From Camelus dromedarius (lineage: Eukaryota): a stretch of 64,000 nt of DNA. This document shows, in pieces, positions 12,701-25,159 of the stretch. The position numbers and the translations under genes are program-made. The DNA lies in the NCBI RefSeq assembly GCF_036321535.1, contig NC_087437.1, positions 94,552,001 through 94,616,000 of the forward strand, read 5' to 3'. The notes beneath the pieces are model-generated. The model was not told the origin of the DNA and did not search any database. It worked only from the letters and a program-made list of their open reading frames with translations. Numbering within the stretch: position 1 is the first letter of the stretch; every line of letters begins with the position of its first letter.

Positions 12701-14699
12701 TCTGTTTATCTTCTGAAAATTTGCTTTCATTTTGTAATAAACATTGTGTAAATTTAAGGTGTATGTTTATAATATCATACAACCAACAGGTGTATTAATG
12801 GTGTGTGATTGCATATAAATTTCCTGTGTTGTGTACCAAACGAATGTTCCACTCAAAGGGGGAAAAAGTATTTGCAAACATGTATTAATAAGGTATTCGG
12901 TGCTTTTTTTCTTCTGCAACATGCTATGATAATGTGATCACGTTTAACTGTAAATTATATTTAACTAACTGTATTATAGAGTTTTAATTTAACCCAAGAC
13001 CATATATGTAACAGAAAAGCAAGATTATATAACTTGAAGAAATATTATTCTAATATACCTCATGTAGTTCAGATCTTAAAATGCAACCACATTTACCCTC
13101 AAGCACCAGTTTACTTAGAGCTAATACTAGAATGCACGAGCTCCAAATTCATTAAATCATTTCACAGCTTTGACAGGCTCTTATAATCAGGCTCATTATT
13201 ACAACATAACTAAATAACAATGAATCAAACACTGATTGGATACCTGAATGAAGGACTCGATGTCTATTAAAGTTTATTGATTCAAAGCATGAGCGCCATA
13301 GACTGCTTATCAAAGATGAGATTTAACAGACCTGTGTATCTTTCCCTCATTTGTCATGCTGTCACAGGCTTGAGGGCTCTGGAAAACAATTTTTTGCAGA
13401 AAAAAAATATTATCTTTCCAAGGATAATGGGAAATATACAATTGCAATGAAAATTATTCTTTTTAATCATATATCTTAAGATTATATAATCACTAATTCA
13501 TATATGAACAAGTATTCAAAGTTGAAGTGAATGAAGGTGACAGTGGATATGCATTTTTAAAATTTACACGATTTTCTCCGTATGTACAGAAATAACTGAG
13601 TTAGATACTGGACTAATCATTAGCCCAAAAGATCCTCAAAAGGTTTGATAAAAGTATGTATGAAGACACTACTTGAAAATTGAGTTACTTTATTTATTCA
13701 AATATCTTCTGACATTACAGGCTTTTTTTTCTCCTTTCAGAATTGAAAATTTTTAGAATAAAAAACTTCTTTTTTTAGAATAAGAAAATTACTTTTGCAG
13801 TTAGTGTTTCTTTTGTTAATTGTTAAAACCTTTTTTTTTTTTAATTAGAGATGACACTGACATTTCTTGACCAAAGCTTTTGATCATACAGATACAGTAA
13901 CAGATATCAAGACAGGCAGAAATTCCACATAGTTTCAAATTTCTTTTTATAAAATAAAATGGCTTAAATTCAACTACAGGAATTTTATTGATCCTCTAAA
14001 AATGCAAGGGAAGTAAATCACTGGAACTCTTTGAATTAAAAGTCATAGACAGTGATTAGAGTGATGGGAGTGGTTAAGTGATAACCTTTGTATGATGAAG
14101 ATTAATTTTCTTTATAAGACAGAGATAACTATCAGTTCATAGTAACACGAAAGTGCGATAAACAATTTCCTCTTTAAAAATTAAAAACGTTTCATTGAAT
14201 ATAGCTGTGGAAGAGAATATGGCTAAATATTATATGTATGGAGTAAAGTGGAGAGTTGATTACTAATTAGGGGGAATTAAAGTATATTCCCTAAATTTTA
14301 TTAAAATATGAATAATCTACCATAAAACTATCCACAGAAGTAGGAAGTAACATTTTATTTAGTGGAAATGATAATTTTTTACTAATTTTTACAATAGTAT
14401 ATATAGTATATGTGCATATATGTAGTAAAATATTTTGTAAAAGTCTATTGAATGAATAAATACATAGATTAATACAACAATGTATTGGAGGAAGTAAGAA
14501 AATAATTATCATCTCTTGTAACTGTAGATTACATATAATTTCATGCAATATGATGGGTGGAAATTACACTGACCTATGGTTGAGGAAACTCAAGTTTGAG
14601 TCTTAATTGCAGGTAACTAGAAAACTAATTACATCTCTATAATGGTTATTTTGTAATCATCATCAACAAGAACATTTTAAGTAAGTAGATGATTTATTA

Positions 14700-14858
14700 T
14701 GTACTTAGATTCAACAATTCTAAGGTACACTTTTTTACGTTACTTTTTCTGAAATGCAATGACTTTCACAGTAATATTTGGCAGTGGTGACTCTGAGGAG
14801 GGATACATACATAATATATCTTACAAATCATGGTAACTTAGACTTGATCAAATGTATT
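14700..14858. mobile_element. MER104-like Tc2/mariner non-autonomous DNA transposon relic
   Basis: Degenerate terminal inverted repeats 'tagattcaacaattctaag'...'cttagacttgatcaaatgta'. Internal 'cactttttt...tctgaaat' and 'tcttacaaatcatgg' resemble the recalled consensus. Confidence 0.45.
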
Positions 14859-14994
14859 TAAAAATCCTCTAAGAACTGAAGTTAACTGATTCTGTGCATT
14901 CAAAGAGTTAAAAGTAAAGGTTTACAGATACGCATTACAATACTGAAAGACACTTTGACATGTAATTTTATGAAAGCAAATGTAAAATATGCAA

Positions 14995-15059
14995 AATTCC
15001 ACTGTTTGAACCCCTCCATTTGTGGTACTTTGTTATGGGAGCCTTAAGAAGCTCATACA
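14995..15059 (+). mobile_element. MLT1 (ERVL-MaLR) LTR 3' fragment
   Basis: 'ttccactgtttgaacccctccatttgtggtactttgttatgggagccttaagaagctcataca' resembles an MLT1 3' terminus. Confidence 0.6.
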
Positions 15060-16339
15060 GTAATTCTGTTTGGAAGAGCTTGATGAGGAAAATGAGGTGA
15101 CAGCTGACCATTGTATAAATGAAAATGAAGTACCCAGTGCTGAGTATGTAGTCGGCAGCTAATAAATGCTTGTTGAACTTAACTGAACCAAATGCTAATA
15201 AAAGGGAAAATAGGTTTTTCTTTAAAAAAATGTAGAACACACCATCTTGCATGAATTTACTGAAGAGCCATATTAATTTTTAGAATTATATGACAAAGAA
15301 GCCACATATTTTGATCTGCTTCAACACACATGACAAATCGTATTAGCATGCATGGCACACTCCACTGATGTACCCATTGATTGGATAAATTGCAGGTTAT
15401 ATGCAATTCCTGGTATATTAGCTCTAAGAGCGCCATTCTGTCACTCAAGATAGATAATAGAATGGATTTTGTTGAGAAAGTTATAATTTTGCTGTTGGTT
15501 AGGCTCTTTTGCTAAGGAGATTCTTCAGGTTATATGAAATCTTTAAGGTTTTACTGAAAAGAAACCGATGGCAATAAAGAAGACCAGAGTGTTAACCAAG
15601 TAACCAAGCCTGACAGAAAACCAGGAAAAGCTCAGCTCCATAACAAGGCCAAAATCTCAACTTTTTTGGTCACAAGGCCTACTGAACATGCAGCTTAGAC
15701 ATCTGTCTGGGTCCAAAACAGCTTTGGCAGTCAATTTACCTCGCTGTCAGAATATCCTTCATCTTTATTCTACTGCATCACTAATGTAAATCAGTACATT
15801 GTCTTCTCTTTCTTCCATCTTTCTGCTTCTTCACCCCTTACCAGCTCTATATTTCACACTGAAAATTAATAGAAATAGACCAACTAGTTTAATTGATTAT
15901 TACTCATGTGGTAGTTTGACTGCCCAGGAATTAGGTGTCTTCCTGGTTCAAATAGCTTTGGCCAGTGTCATCAAAAATGTGGCCAACCTTGGGATTTCTG
16001 CCAATTGAGGTTCTGAGCTCAGCAACCATTCTGAGGCTGGATCAAACAACATGAGACAAGGTAAAGGGTAATCTTGAATACAATCTAACTTACATTTTTA
16101 ACATGTAAAAAACATTGCAAATGACAATATATTAAATATAATTAATAACAGATTTCCTCTCTTAACATGAAACTGTAGTGACTAAAAGTCTTTATAAATA
16201 GTTGCATTTTTATTTTCTTTTCCCATTGTCACACCAAAGCTTAGGACCAATTTACCTCGGCATTTTTCTAAATCCAAATTCAGTCATTCCATACACTATG
16301 CCAACTTAACTTTTTTAAGGGTAAGGGGTCATACTTTTT

Positions 16340-16560
16340 GAGCAAACATGTATCTTCTCTGTACCGTGTTCATAGACTCACCAACCTTTGTTCTCTAAGT
16401 TACTTCTCACAGTAAGTCCTGAGTTACGTATCAGTCGCTCTACTTTACAGATCAGAACTGTGAAGTTTAAAAGTTTAAGGGACCTGTTCAGATCTCTGAG
16501 ATGACTGAAGTGTGCGCCTTCCAGCTCTGAGTGCAATCTACTTTCTACTATATCAAGCAG
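16340..16560 (-). mobile_element. MIR remnant
   Basis: 'tactttacagatcagaactgtgaagtttaaaagtttaagggacctgttcagatc...ccagctctgagtgcaatctactttctacta'. Confidence 0.55.
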
Positions 16561-16719
16561 CCTACCCAGATCTTTCCTTTTTCAGCAATTTGGCCTTATG
16601 AATAAGTTAATTCTTACTACAGTGTCATTCTGTTTTTCTAGGGTCTTGTGCCCAACATATCTTTTCAAATCTATCTTTTACTGTGCATCTTAAGTTTAAG
16701 CACACACACTTATACTACA

Positions 16720-17270
16720 CAACAGACACGATTACCCATATTTGGGCCATGTCTTTCTTTTTCCATGGTTTTGCTAATGCCACTCCCACTGCCTGAAGAT
16801 AAGCTTCTGTACGTTTGTCATAAGTATACATTTTAACACCATCTTCTCTTTTTCTTTCTTTTTTTTTTTTTTTTTTTGGTGGCAGTACTAGGGATTAATG
16901 CCAGGACCTCGTGCATGCTAAGCACACACTCTACCACTAAGCTATACCCTCCCCCCTTAACAATCCTTTATATCACTGCTGAAATGTTCACTTTCCCTCT
17001 AATCTCTCTTGCTTTGTCATCACCAACTAGTCACATTTCTTTTTGAGCAGTTCCAAAGCATTTTATTTTTGCAGTGCTTATGTGACTTAATACTATATTA
17101 TTTAGAAAGAATTATCGTTTGTACAGTTATAAGTTATCACCCATTGAACTGTAAGCAATTTAAGTACCAGTATTATTCTCCCCTCCTAGGTCCTATGAAA
17201 CCTAGATCAGTATCATGAAATTGCACAGAACTAATAAGTGCATATGGGGTAGAAAATATGTTAACTGAAG
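16720..17270 (+). mobile_element. L2 remnant interrupted by a vic-1 SINE
   Basis: L2 3'-region text 'ctcccactgcctgaagat...' and 'cacccattgaactgtaagcaatttaag...cctagatcagtatc...taataagtgc'. Confidence 0.5.
16849..16956 (-). mobile_element. tRNA-Ala-derived camelid SINE (vic-1 type)
   Basis: Minus strand GGGGGAGGGTATAGCTTAGTGGTAGAGTGTGTGCTTAGCATGCACGAGGTCCTGGCATTAATCCCTAGTACTGCCACC then a long poly-A. A-box and degenerate B-box. Imperfect TSD ttaacaccatctt / ttaacaatcctt. Confidence 0.9.
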
Positions 17271-19213
17271 TTAAATGTATGTATAGAGACATTTTGAGCT
17301 AATGATATTCTAGATTATTTAATTTTCAAAAGTAGAGAGTAGAGTAAAGCTGGTCTTAAAATTTGTCAGTAGAATATAACTTATAACCAGTATTGTTATT
17401 TATCTATGCAGCCAAAGATGCTAAAAGAAGCTGAGTCTATTGATTTCTCACTTATCAGTTCACTATTTATCAACTAAACATAAAATTTTATAATGAGTGA
17501 TGGGAAATCAATTCTTTTTTTCTTTGTGATTGCAACGCAGTAAGAACTAATTTGTGTTAAGACAGTTAAAAAGCAAACAGCCTAGGCTCTCCTCAACACA
17601 TAGAATAGAATAATAGTCAGTATGCCTGTGTCACAGACGCATTCTGCATTGTTTGAGATCTTCATTGGGATTATTATTATAACATGTAAAATTAGGTTGT
17701 AATTCTTTAATTTTTGACACTGAAAAGGAAGCTACCCTTTTAAATTTTGTGATATTTAGTAATAATGTAAGGTTTAATAAAATTTTGAATAGAGTTACTT
17801 TTTTTGAAGACCCTACTTATGTCAATTGTACTGTTCAAAAAAATGACATTTGGTGCATATCTGACATACAGCATTTTATTTACCACAGAGTGAAAAATTT
17901 TTTCTTATATCCTGTTCTAAATTTCTGGCAGTTGATATTAAGATTCATTTTTGAATGAGCATTTTATGTGTACTCTAATAGAAAATGTTCAAATTATTAC
18001 CTTCTCAAAAAGAAATCACATGAAATGATAACCCTGTATCCTACGTGTGTATATGGCATGATATAAATTCAGTATCTGTCAGAATACTGCACTGGAAAGC
18101 TGATCAAAGAGTAGAATTATTGAAAGAGTGTTTTAGAAGTGGAAATTTTGTTATGACAAGTCAAGACAGGACAGAAATCACCCTGGCTTGCTGTGGGATA
18201 AGCACAATTAAGGTTCGTTCAAATTTAAAACCCAGTCCCTGACGACAAATAAATGGAGGTGTCGAATCTCATCGTGATCACATTCGGTAATGACCTTGAG
18301 TGCATGCAAATGTGAGATTTACTCAGTGGGGCTCTGGGACAAATCTACGATTCGACTGTGAAATTGGAGTAGCTCGGACCTAAAGTGGAATTTCACACCT
18401 ACTTGAAGGAGCAGTCTGTTTCTTTCGTTATGGAGGTTAGAAAAATAATGCAGAGGCTTGTATTTCCATTTGTCGATGTGAACTGTAATTGCCTTAGCAA
18501 TAGTGAATGTTCAATATATATTTAATATGCCGTTATGTCCTAGTAACTAAGAACTGATTGTAGCCTGAGCCTCTGGGGAACTGCAGTGTGAAAGTTTACA
18601 AAATGCATATATTGCACACTGGTGCATTTCCTTGGGATTTAACACATCCAGGCAGGAATTGAAGCCTAACGAACAGAATGATCTGCTTCTCATTCCCTAC
18701 ATAAACTACCAACTATCTGCCAATGCCAAGCTAATGACTGGGCACCATGAGCTATTAAATTGGAAAATAATTTTTATTGGTTCAGGGAATTCACTTGGGA
18801 GTGAACATTAGAGTGTTTCACATGGTTATACTTTGCATATTTAAAATGTATACATGTTTTTCTATTAAATTTGTGAATTGGCCATTCCGGAAGAGAACAG
18901 AGGTTGCTTCTACAAAATTTTGTATCAGGACAGCTTCCCCTTTGTGCCCACATTCAATTTAAAAATATAAAATACATAAGCACTCATCTGAGAGTTAGGA
19001 GATGAGTGCTTTTATTGCACAAGTCATAGGAAGGAAAACTCACTACTTTAATTGATGTGAATGCTGCATTGAATCTCACACATGAAACTGAAAATACCTT
19101 TGAATCACGTAAGACAATAGTGCATCTTTTTTGTATCTCAGATGTGTTAATTTCACAGGGAATAGTCATGAAACACAGTGCTTATTGTTGTCCAAACACA
19201 TTTGACTAGAGGT

Positions 19214-19217
<4 letters not shown>

Positions 19218-19248
<31 letters not shown>
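19218..19248. repeat. (TG)15 microsatellite
   Basis: Perfect TG run. Confidence 0.95.
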
Positions 19249-19251
<3 letters not shown>

Positions 19252-20599
19252 GGCTTATTGTTCTGCAGAACACATTTTAGGTGACACTGTCTAATAACTT
19301 TTCCATTGCAGTCGGTAGCCTCTTAAATCAGAGTACAGGTTTACGATGAAAGAAGGCTGTTTTTTCTCACTTTCAGTACTCTATGAAAAAATAGTCTCAG
19401 ACCTTTTGCTTCTTAGTCTATAGAATATCATAGGATGTGAGATAAAGAAGTCCCCCATTATCCATATATTGTTAATTATAAAGGAACATATGAGTGCAAA
19501 AAGAAATAAAAATACTTTAATTTCTGAGCACCCTCAGTTTACTCACCTATAAAATGGGGTGATTCTACCTTACATGCTTGAAAAGAGAGATTTGGAAAAA
19601 AATCACCCTTTCAAAGATCTTTTTACTCCTGGCTCAAATAAAATTCTACATTTATTTTGTCACATAAATGACAAGATGTTTAAATGCCACCCCAGGGATA
19701 TCATAGTCACTACGAGTTTGCTGTTCTGCTAATATCTGGATACCACACAAAGAGGGGCATAAATCTTGAATAGTTAAGAGCTTTTCTTTGCCAAGATTAA
19801 TATTTTCTTTCTCTCCCCCTGCCCATACTTTGCTTGTTTTGACAGCCAAAAGGTCTGCACAGTTTCCAGTCTTGACTAGAGGTAGAGAATAAAGAAAATT
19901 TGGCAACAAAGTTTATTTTACAAAACTTAAAACAGTATAAATCCAGAACAGCTTTCACTCTTTAACTGCGAAGTGAATATATTTCTTACTAAGTGAGGCT
20001 ACTTACTCAATGCTACCCCTATCTCCAAATTTCAGTTGTTGGTTAAAAGTTATTTCTATGCTGTAAACCCCTTTGGAAGGATTTTCTTATATGTCCCACT
20101 AATTCTTATTCCAAGGGTCATTGTTTTAAAGTGACTGAATTATTCATTCTGGTCTGTACCTATACTAGGAATTAGTTCCCCCCAATATTTCACCATCGTG
20201 CAATAATACATTATTCAGTTTTTCTAAACATGTATTGGAACATAAGCCATGATCTTAGGAAGAGGGTGGGTTTTTTGTTTACTAAAACAATGAAATCCGT
20301 TCATATTATAAGGACTCAGACTTGGCTATTGAATAAAAGTTATTTCACGTTCCAAATGGCATCATGTGACGTGTATAGAGCCATTTTCTAAAGTGCTTCT
20401 CACTCTGTATGTGAGAGAGTGCTGTAAAAGCCTCACTTGTCTTACACTTTGGCTTATCAACCCCGCTGCTTCAGGGAGTGATAGCTCTTAAGGGAAGTTA
20501 GGTCGCCACCAGAAACATGTTCGTGTTAACCAAGGAATAGTGCTTCTTATAGATGAGGATGAGGTGAGGAATAAAAACAAATCCTTAACTCTGGGACCC

Positions 20600-21190
20600 T
20601 GTTGTTTACTGAGTTATGTTAACATACAATTCTGTATTAGTCTCAAGTGTAATTAGGTATTTTCATACGTTATGAAATGATCAGTTACCATCTGTCACCA
20701 TATGAAGTTGGTACAATATGTTGACTATTTTCCCTATGTGTACATTACATCCCTGTGACTTACTTATGTGAAGAAAACAAAAATGCTAATTGGAAAAGAT
20801 ATTTGTACTACTATGTTCACTGCAGCACTATTTACAGTAGCCAAGATAGGGAAGCAACCTAAGTGTCCATCCGTAGATGAATGGATATAAAGATGTGAGG
20901 TGTATGTGTGTGTATATATATATATATTTATTATTACTCAGCCATAAAAAAAATAAAATATTGCCATTTGTGGCAACATGGATGGACTTGGAGAGTATTA
21001 CACTAAATGAAATAAATAAGACAGAGAAAGATAAATACCATATGATTTCACTTATTTGTGGAATCTAAAAAATAAAATAAAACAGAAACAGACTCACAGA
21101 TACAGAGAACAAACTGGTGGTTGCCAGACTGGAGCATGGTTGGGGTATGAGTGAAATAGACAAAGGAGATTACGAGGTACAAACTTCCAG
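20600..21190 (-). mobile_element. L1MA9-like L1 with 5' inversion (twin priming)
   Basis: 3' terminal part on minus at about 20600-20769. Upstream ORF2/3' UTR part on plus at 20770-21190, encoding ...ILPFVATWMDLESITLNEINKTEKDKYHMISLICGI (L1 ORF2 C-terminus). Degraded TSD ggaccctgtt / agatcctatt. Confidence 0.9.
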
Positions 21191-21239
21191 AGATCCTATT
21201 TTTTATAAGTTAAAGAATAAGGGAACTACATTATTTTTA

Positions 21240-21490
21240 AAGTAGATCCACATTTCCTGTGGAACTTCTTCCCAGATCTCCATAGTATGTGATGTATGTG
21301 TTTTCTAAGCTCTCTCACTTACATGTTTTATCATGTGTGTGCATCATATATTGTACATTAAACATCAAAAATTCTTTATATTATAAGCTCCTTGAGGGAA
21401 ATACAGTTTTTTTGTCCTCACCCTCATTCTTTTCATGTCTAAGTATAAATGGTGCTTAGTTAAAGTACAATGAGTTAATGAATTTAATAC
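21240..21490 (+). mobile_element. L2 3' end remnant
   Basis: 'ttataagctccttgagggaaatacagtttttttgtcctcaccctc...ggtgcttagttaaagtacaatgagttaatgaat'. Confidence 0.55.
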
Positions 21491-23269
21491 AAGTAAAATC
21501 AATCTGCTCAAAGTAGCTTTGCTTGAAATCTTGATTTTCCCCCCTCATACATTCATTCTGGTATAACTGGATTGTTCTTACAGTATCTCTTAGCCAGTGA
21601 GAGACCAGAATCCTTTCTAAAGCAAACCTTCCCTTCAAAGAGTAATTCAGTTAGTAACACTGAGTACAAACACTCTGTCTCATCATCCACTGTCAGTGAC
21701 CCCAGATTCTCCACCAAGCAGAGGAGGACAGCACCACGAGAGCCCCTCTACAGGTGCTTTCTTCTACTTGTGCGCCAACCGGTGCTCCCACCGTGCTGAT
21801 GGCTTGCCTCTGAATGGTGGAGGCAGGCAATGATTCAAAATCCTGCTGTTACCAAAAGTGAGTATTGGCATCTAAGACTGGTCACCACTCTGAGAGTAGC
21901 ACCAAGTCATACTCAAGAATGGCCACATTGGAATTGGAGAATGTGCTTCTCTTTTTCATAGAATCTAGTGTTTATAGGTGTATCTGGACACACGCTAGTC
22001 CTGTTCACATCAAATCAGTCTTGAACCTAGCCACTATAAAAACTGTCTTAACATCCCCGCTGTGTAATTTTATATATTGAAAGTTATCAATGAGAAAGAA
22101 GTACCAATGCTGATGTACTGTTTGTTGCTGGATGAATGTGCCCTGTAACTTATAATAAGCAAGTGTCTGTTCTCAAATCAGTACTGTGCTGCTCAACCCT
22201 GCAGTGTGCCTAAAGGTGGGGTTCCACTTCAGTTATCTAATTTTATGTGAACCATGTGTGTAGATTTGTCATTCCCAGAGCAACTCCATGGTACATGCTC
22301 AGGGATGAGTGTTCACACTTCCTGGGGCATGGGAAACCCGTTCCTCAGTGCCCTGCTTCTGTCCTGTAACTACTCAACCCAGCATTTGTTTAAGAGATTT
22401 AATGAGTAAATCAACAAAAATATAGATCAGCGGTGAACCTGGTGACTGAGTCTCGCTTTCAACATCACAGGATCAGGGACTTGTGCAGGGAGGGTCAGTG
22501 GAGGGAACGTAGGGGAATCTTTCTCTTCTTGAGTGAGAAAGTTGGCTGTTCCTATCTCCTAATGAGTGCTTTTGTCTCAGGTGATTGATGCCCACCCATT
22601 GGGCATTTTGCTAGTGATTCAACCAAGAGAGGCAATGAGTGTTTGAAACTGTCTCTACAGACAACCAAAACCTGATATGGGGAAACCACACTCATGTGTC
22701 TTTGATATTGATAAAATGTCCATGCTTTTTACTCTGGAAGTCTTCATCCCATTGGAAAGCAGGTGGGAAGAAAAGGTCACACCATGAGACATTTTATTTC
22801 ATTTAGACGTAGATATTAGTCCTCCTCGTTGAACTTAAACCCTGTAAAACGGCTGGGTAGCCCTGGGAAGACACAGTGGGACATGTCATTTTCATTATAA
22901 AGTATCAATGCAGGAATAAGATTAAAAAGACAAATTCCCATTTCCTTGGGCTGCACCATCCTAGAGAGGACTTTTTTCCAGAAATATATGGTTAGGGAGC
23001 AGTCCCAGAATCCTCAAAAATCACTGAGGATTATACTGTATCCCCAAATATATGCCGTCCTCTGTATACTTACGTGTGCACAAATATCACATACATTCCC
23101 ACACCAAAATATCACCTCATAATATTTTACTTATAAATTAGCTTAAAAGTAGCACAGTATAGAACAAGTTCTTTGCAGCCAGACTAAGTTACATGTACTT
23201 GGAAAATTCCTAAAACTTTGTAGTCTCACTTTCATCATTTGCAAGGTAGAACTAAAATTAACCACATCA

Positions 23270-23462
23270 AAACAAGAAGTTCAGACTGTACAGCACAGGG
23301 AACTATATTCAATATCTTGTAGTAACTTATGGTGAAAAAAAGATGAAAATGAATATATGTATGTTCATGTATGACTGATACATTATGCTGTACACCAGAA
23401 ATTGACACATTGTAAACCAACTATACTTCAATAAAAATATAATATATATATATATACACAAA
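23270..23462 (+). mobile_element. Short L1 3' end with TSD
   Basis: 'ctgtacagcacagggaactatattcaatatcttgtag...aattgacacattgtaaaccaactatacttcaataaaaa'. TSD aaaattaac(c/t)acatca near 23254 and 23463. Confidence 0.92.
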
Positions 23463-24529
23463 AAAATTAACTACATCAGAAATAGAAGAAATTAAAAGTG
23501 AGAACACTTGCAGGGACCTAGATGGATGCTCAGTAGTAAACATAGTTCTCATTTTCCTCCACATGTTTCTATAAATGTTATGCAAACTCCTCCAAATCCA
23601 GTTCAAGTCCCGCTGTCATGGATCGTTCACTGCCTTGGAAATGTACACAAGCATTTGCCCTAATTAACTGCTTGTGTTTCTTCCCTTAAATGCTAAACCA
23701 AACAGCTTTGGTTTTAATCCAACATGATTCCGTATTTTCGACACTGAATAATAAGATCTTACTAAGATTACAGTTAGTTTAGTTATTTCGCTTCAAGAAT
23801 CAGCACTTTTCTATTTTAATTGCCCTTGATAAGTATTTGTAAACATGATTGTTCTAAATAGAGCATGCTGATCATCACCTGTTCACAGTGCCTGGAGGCC
23901 ATCATTAAATAACCTGTTACAGTGATTCATTGTCGATAGAGAGGACATAATGCTGAGTGGACATGGTCTGTAATGATTGCCCTGGAACTAGCTTTCAAAG
24001 AAAAAAATTCCCATTATCAGCAAGAATTTTAGTCATCTTCCTCTTTCCGAGAAAAGTGGAGTGTGTCCTGTGCAGCAGCAGGACACCTAATCATTAAACA
24101 GTGCAAACTTTCTAAATATTTAGCCTATCTTGACTTTTACAAATCAGGTGCAAATATTCACTTTAATCACAAATGCGAACTCTTTTTTTTTTTTTTTTAA
24201 CTTTCTGACTCTTATCCTTTTCTTCCTGTAGGAGAACTGGGTACCTCTACTGTATATAACCCTAGGATGGATCTATCATATGCTTAACTCTTAACTTTGC
24301 CAGGTCATCTATGCAAACCATTATGCAGGCCTTATTACCAGACTCTGCTTGGGTTTAGTGAACTCAGATCTTTTCTGAAAGTAAAGAAAATAATTGTAAA
24401 CAATCTCAGTTTCATATCTGCAGCAGCTGTATAATCACAATAAAAAAAACCTACCATCTCAAGTTCTGTCATCTTGTAGAGTCTGCCTCACCCCTGCTCT
24501 TAATTCATAATTGACCAAATATTGTTAAA

Positions 24530-24675
24530 GATAATAATCACTTATTGAATGCTTCAAAGTGTTGGGATTAACACTCATTAAGGTAGCCCCGCAAGATAAA
24601 AACTCCATCTCACAGGTGAAAGACATTAAGTGACACCCTAAGTGGCTGAGCGGGGACTGAAACCAGTGCTGTCCC
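24530..24675 (-). mobile_element. MIR remnant
   Basis: 'ataataatcacttattgaatgct...ctccatctcacaggtgaagaca...ctaagtggctgagcggggactgaaaccag'. Confidence 0.6.
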
Positions 24676-25159
24676 ACAGGAGACCACAATCTCCCCTCGG
24701 TATTATGTGACGTCTTCTGAGAGGGGCCGGGTTGAGGTGCAGGGACTCCAGTAGAGGAACCTGCACCCCCTCCGACCCACCTAACCATCCCAGCACAGAG
24801 TGGTGTTCCTCGTTACCTCTCCGCATTCTGCCTCTTCTTCTTTACGTGTTATCTTATGTCACTTCTCTCATTCTTTTCCACGTTCAGAAGAAAATGCTTA
24901 GTTTAAAAGTATCTATCAGTAAGAGAATTCATTTCCTTTTGCCCAGTAAACAAGTTCCCCCAGTACACTGAATGTAACTTTGTTCTTTTAATACTTTTTG
25001 AAAAAAACACTGAGCTTGCTGTGGCCAAGGGCATACAAAGTGCTGTTTCATTACTTACTTTTTTTGAGGGGATGTGGAAGGGAAATCACTTTTATGTCTG
25101 GAACCAATTTAAAACACTAAGGTCCAGAATGATGTTGTTGTTGTTGCTTTAATTCATAA

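Noticed and set aside
16878..16956. tRNA gene
   Set aside because: Poly-A tail, TSD and a degenerate B-box show a tRNA-derived SINE. The same applies to 37788-37872.
20877..21068. ORF with real protein similarity (ILPFVATWMDLE...HMISLICGI)
   Set aside because: It is the C-terminus of L1 ORF2 in a dead, truncated copy, not a host gene.
21712..21735. REST/NRSE site
   Set aside because: Only the right half (GGACAGCACC) matches; the left half TTCAGCACC is missing.
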